DNA of 58,928 nucleotides from Deltaproteobacteria bacterium (GTDB lineage: Bacteria > Desulfobacterota > BSN033 > UBA1163): assembly GCA_037444165.1 (NCBI GenBank), contig JBBIMX010000007.1, positions 1 to 58,928 on the forward strand, written 5' to 3'. How positions within the stretch are numbered: position 1 is the stretch's first letter; each line of letters opens with the position of its first letter. The notes under the pieces are model-generated. The model saw only the letters and a program-made list of their open reading frames with translations, was not told the origin of the DNA and made no database searches. Shown piece by piece: positions 56,497 through 58,928 of this stretch. A program made the translations under genes and the position numbers.

Positions 56497-57216
56497 TTAT
56501 AGCCTCTCTTCAATTTCATAATCGATATGACGACTCTTCATCCATCGGACAGCTAAAAGATCAACGAAAGCCCTCCACATTCGATTCCAAGTTGTATATT
56601 TTGAAGCCCCAAATTTTCGGGGATGGTGAGAAACCGGTATTTCAATAACACGAAACCCTTCCATTTTTACCAAGGTGGGCATGAAACGATGCATTCCTTT
56701 ATAAAATTTAATGTTCTGGAGACACTCCCTTTTATAAGCCCGAAATGTACATCCACTGTCCTTAATTCTCTCTCCACTGATCCAGTTTCTAATCAAGTTA
56801 GCAATCTTTGATGTAATCCGTTTCACAAAGGAGTCCTCCCTTTTCTGACGCCAACCGGTAACCATATCATACTCTTTGAGATATTCGATCATTTTTGGAA
56901 TGTCCTTGGGATCATTCTGTAAGTCAGCATCCATCGTAATAATAATTTCCCCTCTTGCCTCACTTATCCCTGCCGCTCCTGCAGCCGTTTCCCCACAATT
57001 TTTTCTAAATCCAATTACTCGCATTTCAGGGTACTCCTTCACCATCTTCTTAAGGACAAGACGGCTTTGGTCAACACTCCCATCATCAACAAATATTATC
57101 TCATAAACCTTTCCCAAGGAACGAAGAACTTCTGTGATTTGAGGGATTAAAATCGGGAGATTCTCTTCTTCATTATAAACAGGAACAACTACAGAGATCT
57201 CAATCTTCTCATTCAT
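56497..57216 (-). CDS. GT2 polyprenyl-phosphate glycosyltransferase (paralog of 52663-53388)
   Basis: VPVYNEEEN, VDDGSVD, DADLQNDP, MHRF, HHPR..GASKY. Confidence 0.9.
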   Translation of the reverse strand: MNEKIEISVVVPVYNEEENLPILIPQITEVLRSLGKVYEIIFVDDGSVDQSRLVLKKMVKEYPEMRVIGFRKNCGETAAGAAGISEARGEIIITMDADLQNDPKDIPKMIEYLKEYDMVTGWRQKREDSFVKRITSKIANLIRNWISGERIKDSGCTFRAYKRECLQNIKFYKGMHRFMPTLVKMEGFRVIEIPVSHHPRKFGASKYTTWNRMWRAFVDLLAVRWMKSRHIDYEIEERL

Positions 57217-57239
57217 GAGACACCAAAAAGATTAATAAA

Positions 57240-58361
57240 TTAATGTCCAATGGACTTGCTCTCATTAAAAAACTCTCGAATGGCTTTACAAACAAAGTCT
57301 ACCTTCTCTTTTTCAAGCTCAGGATAGATGGGTAAAGAAAGGATTTTCTTTACCTTATCTTCCGTCTCCGCCAAAGGATTTTGCTTGCCCAATATCCTTA
57401 ATACAGCAGGTTGTTGATGGTTAGGGATAGGGTAATGAATGCCCGTTTGAATCCCTTTCTTTTTTAAAAACTCGGCAAGCCTATCTCTTTGAGGTGTTTG
57501 GATGACGTAAAGATGATATACAGCTTCAGCCCAATCTCTTTGTTTAGGAGTGATGATGGGAATTCCCTTCAATCCCTCATCATACCACTGCGCAATTCTT
57601 CTTCGAGCCTCATTAAACCCGTTTAATTTTGAAAGTTGCACTCTCCCTATAGCGGCCTGAATCTCATTAAACCTTAAATTATATCCAACGAGTTCATGTT
57701 CATACTTCTGCATTCTTCCATGATCCCTTAACATTTTACACCTCTGGGCAAGACTATCCTCAGAGGTGACGATCATCCCTCCGTCTCCGAAAACAGTAAG
57801 GTTTTTTGAAGGATAAAATGAGAAACATCCCGCCACTCCTATTGATCCTACTTTTTTCCCTTTATATTTAGCCCCATGAGCCTGACAGCAATCCTCTATA
57901 ATGAACAGGTGATATTCTCTTGATAATTGAAGGATCGGATCCATATCAACAGGATGACCATAAAGATGAACAGGGATGATTCCTTTTATTCTCACTTTCG
58001 AATTCGAACTCTTCTCAAGAATCTCCTTAATATGGGATGGATCCGTGGTAAAGGTTTCATCGATATCGACAAAAATAGGAGTTGCGCCTACATGAAAAAT
58101 GGGTTCCACGGTCGGGAAAGCCGTGAGAGAAGGAACAAGAATGCCATCTCCTTCACCCACTCCTAAGGCTTTCAAACAAAGAAAAAGAGCAGAGGTTCCT
58201 GAAGAAGTCAGGATTGCATGTTTGACCCCAATAAATTGGGCAAACTCTTTTTCAAATTCTTTACATTGGGTTCCCAAGATATATTGTCCTGAATCCACGA
58301 TTTCTAAAACACGATCTCTAATCTCTTGATTAATATAGGGTTTCGAGAGAGGAATGTTCAT
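57240..58361 (-). CDS. DegT/DnrJ/EryC1/StrS sugar aminotransferase
   Basis: SGTSAL, PVHLYG, EDCCQAHG, SFYPSKNL (PLP Lys), GDGG, LSLPIYP. Confidence 0.93.
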   Translation of the reverse strand: MNIPLSKPYINQEIRDRVLEIVDSGQYILGTQCKEFEKEFAQFIGVKHAILTSSGTSALFLCLKALGVGEGDGILVPSLTAFPTVEPIFHVGATPIFVDIDETFTTDPSHIKEILEKSSNSKVRIKGIIPVHLYGHPVDMDPILQLSREYHLFIIEDCCQAHGAKYKGKKVGSIGVAGCFSFYPSKNLTVFGDGGMIVTSEDSLAQRCKMLRDHGRMQKYEHELVGYNLRFNEIQAAIGRVQLSKLNGFNEARRRIAQWYDEGLKGIPIITPKQRDWAEAVYHLYVIQTPQRDRLAEFLKKKGIQTGIHYPIPNHQQPAVLRILGKQNPLAETEDKVKKILSLPIYPELEKEKVDFVCKAIREFFNESKSIGH

Positions 58362-58384
58362 TTTTTTACTCCTTTCTCTAAACA

Positions 58385-58928
58385 TCAAAGATGATCCCAT
58401 TCAATCTCTATTCTCCTCCCCTTCCGTGAGGATTCGTAGCAAACTTCGACCACTTTTAATGCTTCATATCCTGCTTGTCCATCGGCTAAAGGCTTAGTTC
58501 GATTCTTTACCGAATCAAGAAAAGCTTTTAATTCGATTCTCAAGGGCTCTTCAGCTCCAAAGGGAATAATTTGAGTTTCACCCTCCATGGCTACATATCT
58601 CTCCCCCTGTTTCTCATGTCTATTATTACAAAAAATAAGAGTGTTTTTTTGGAAATCACAATACAGACTAGCTTGGTCTCCAATAATAGCAATATCCCTT
58701 TTCCGCTCAGGGGGCATATATCCTGCTTCTATAACCACCAGTGTTTCTCCATATTCTAATACAGATACCGAGGTGTCATCAAAAGGAAGGTCAAGATAGT
58801 TCTTTATAACAGCGGTTACGGCATCAGGAGAGGAATTAAAAAAATAATTGAAGAGGTCGAAATAATGGATCGAATCAGTATGGGTCACTCCCACATCCAT
58901 TCTGGGCCTTTTAAAACCCATAAAATGA
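58385..58928 (-). CDS. Gfo/Idh/MocA oxidoreductase, C-terminal part (truncated by the window edge)
   Basis: D.IH..D, EEPL..EL..FLDSV..P..DG..G.EAL C-terminal pattern; frame is open to the window end. Confidence 0.75.
   Translation of the reverse strand, partial: HFMGFKRPRMDVGVTHTDSIHYFDLFNYFFNSSPDAVTAVIKNYLDLPFDDTSVSVLEYGETLVVIEAGYMPPERKRDIAIIGDQASLYCDFQKNTLIFCNNRHEKQGERYVAMEGETQIIPFGAEEPLRIELKAFLDSVKNRTKPLADGQAGYEALKVVEVCYESSRKGRRIEIEWDHL

Overview
This is a gene-dense chromosomal window from a diderm bacterium. Gene content and order (ndk-rlmN-mtnP; pyrG-kdsD-lptCAB-rpoN-hpf-ptsN-hprK-rapZ-EIIA-HPr-ptsI-metK-ahcY; alaC-hom-thrC; mlaEFDC-mlaA) suggest Desulfobacterota/former Deltaproteobacteria, which is an inference. 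It is mostly housekeeping genes plus one tRNA-Leu(TAA). I saw no CRISPR array, rRNA, transposase or integrase. The most interesting part is a visibly AT-richer minus-strand cluster at about 51.1-58.9 kb. It encodes a Gfo/Idh/MocA oxidoreductase, a DegT aminotransferase, two paralogous polyprenyl-phosphate GT2s, two ArnT-like transferases (one lacking the canonical acidic DE motif), a LAB_N membrane protein, an ICMT/PEMT-type methyltransferase and a small kinase-fold protein, and it looks like an uncharacterised lipid A/glycolipid decoration pathway. Other oddities: kdsA, kdsB and kdsC are absent from the pyrG-kdsD-lpt locus; lptB probably starts at a non-canonical ATA; a sigma54 site lies upstream of the gene run that contains rpoN itself; there is a LarA-family plus Fe-ADH gene pair, a stand-alone GMP synthase ATPPase subunit, and a tiny promoter-bearing AT-hook protein. 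All product calls come from motif recognition only. No searches were run, and several start codons were re-assigned by eye.
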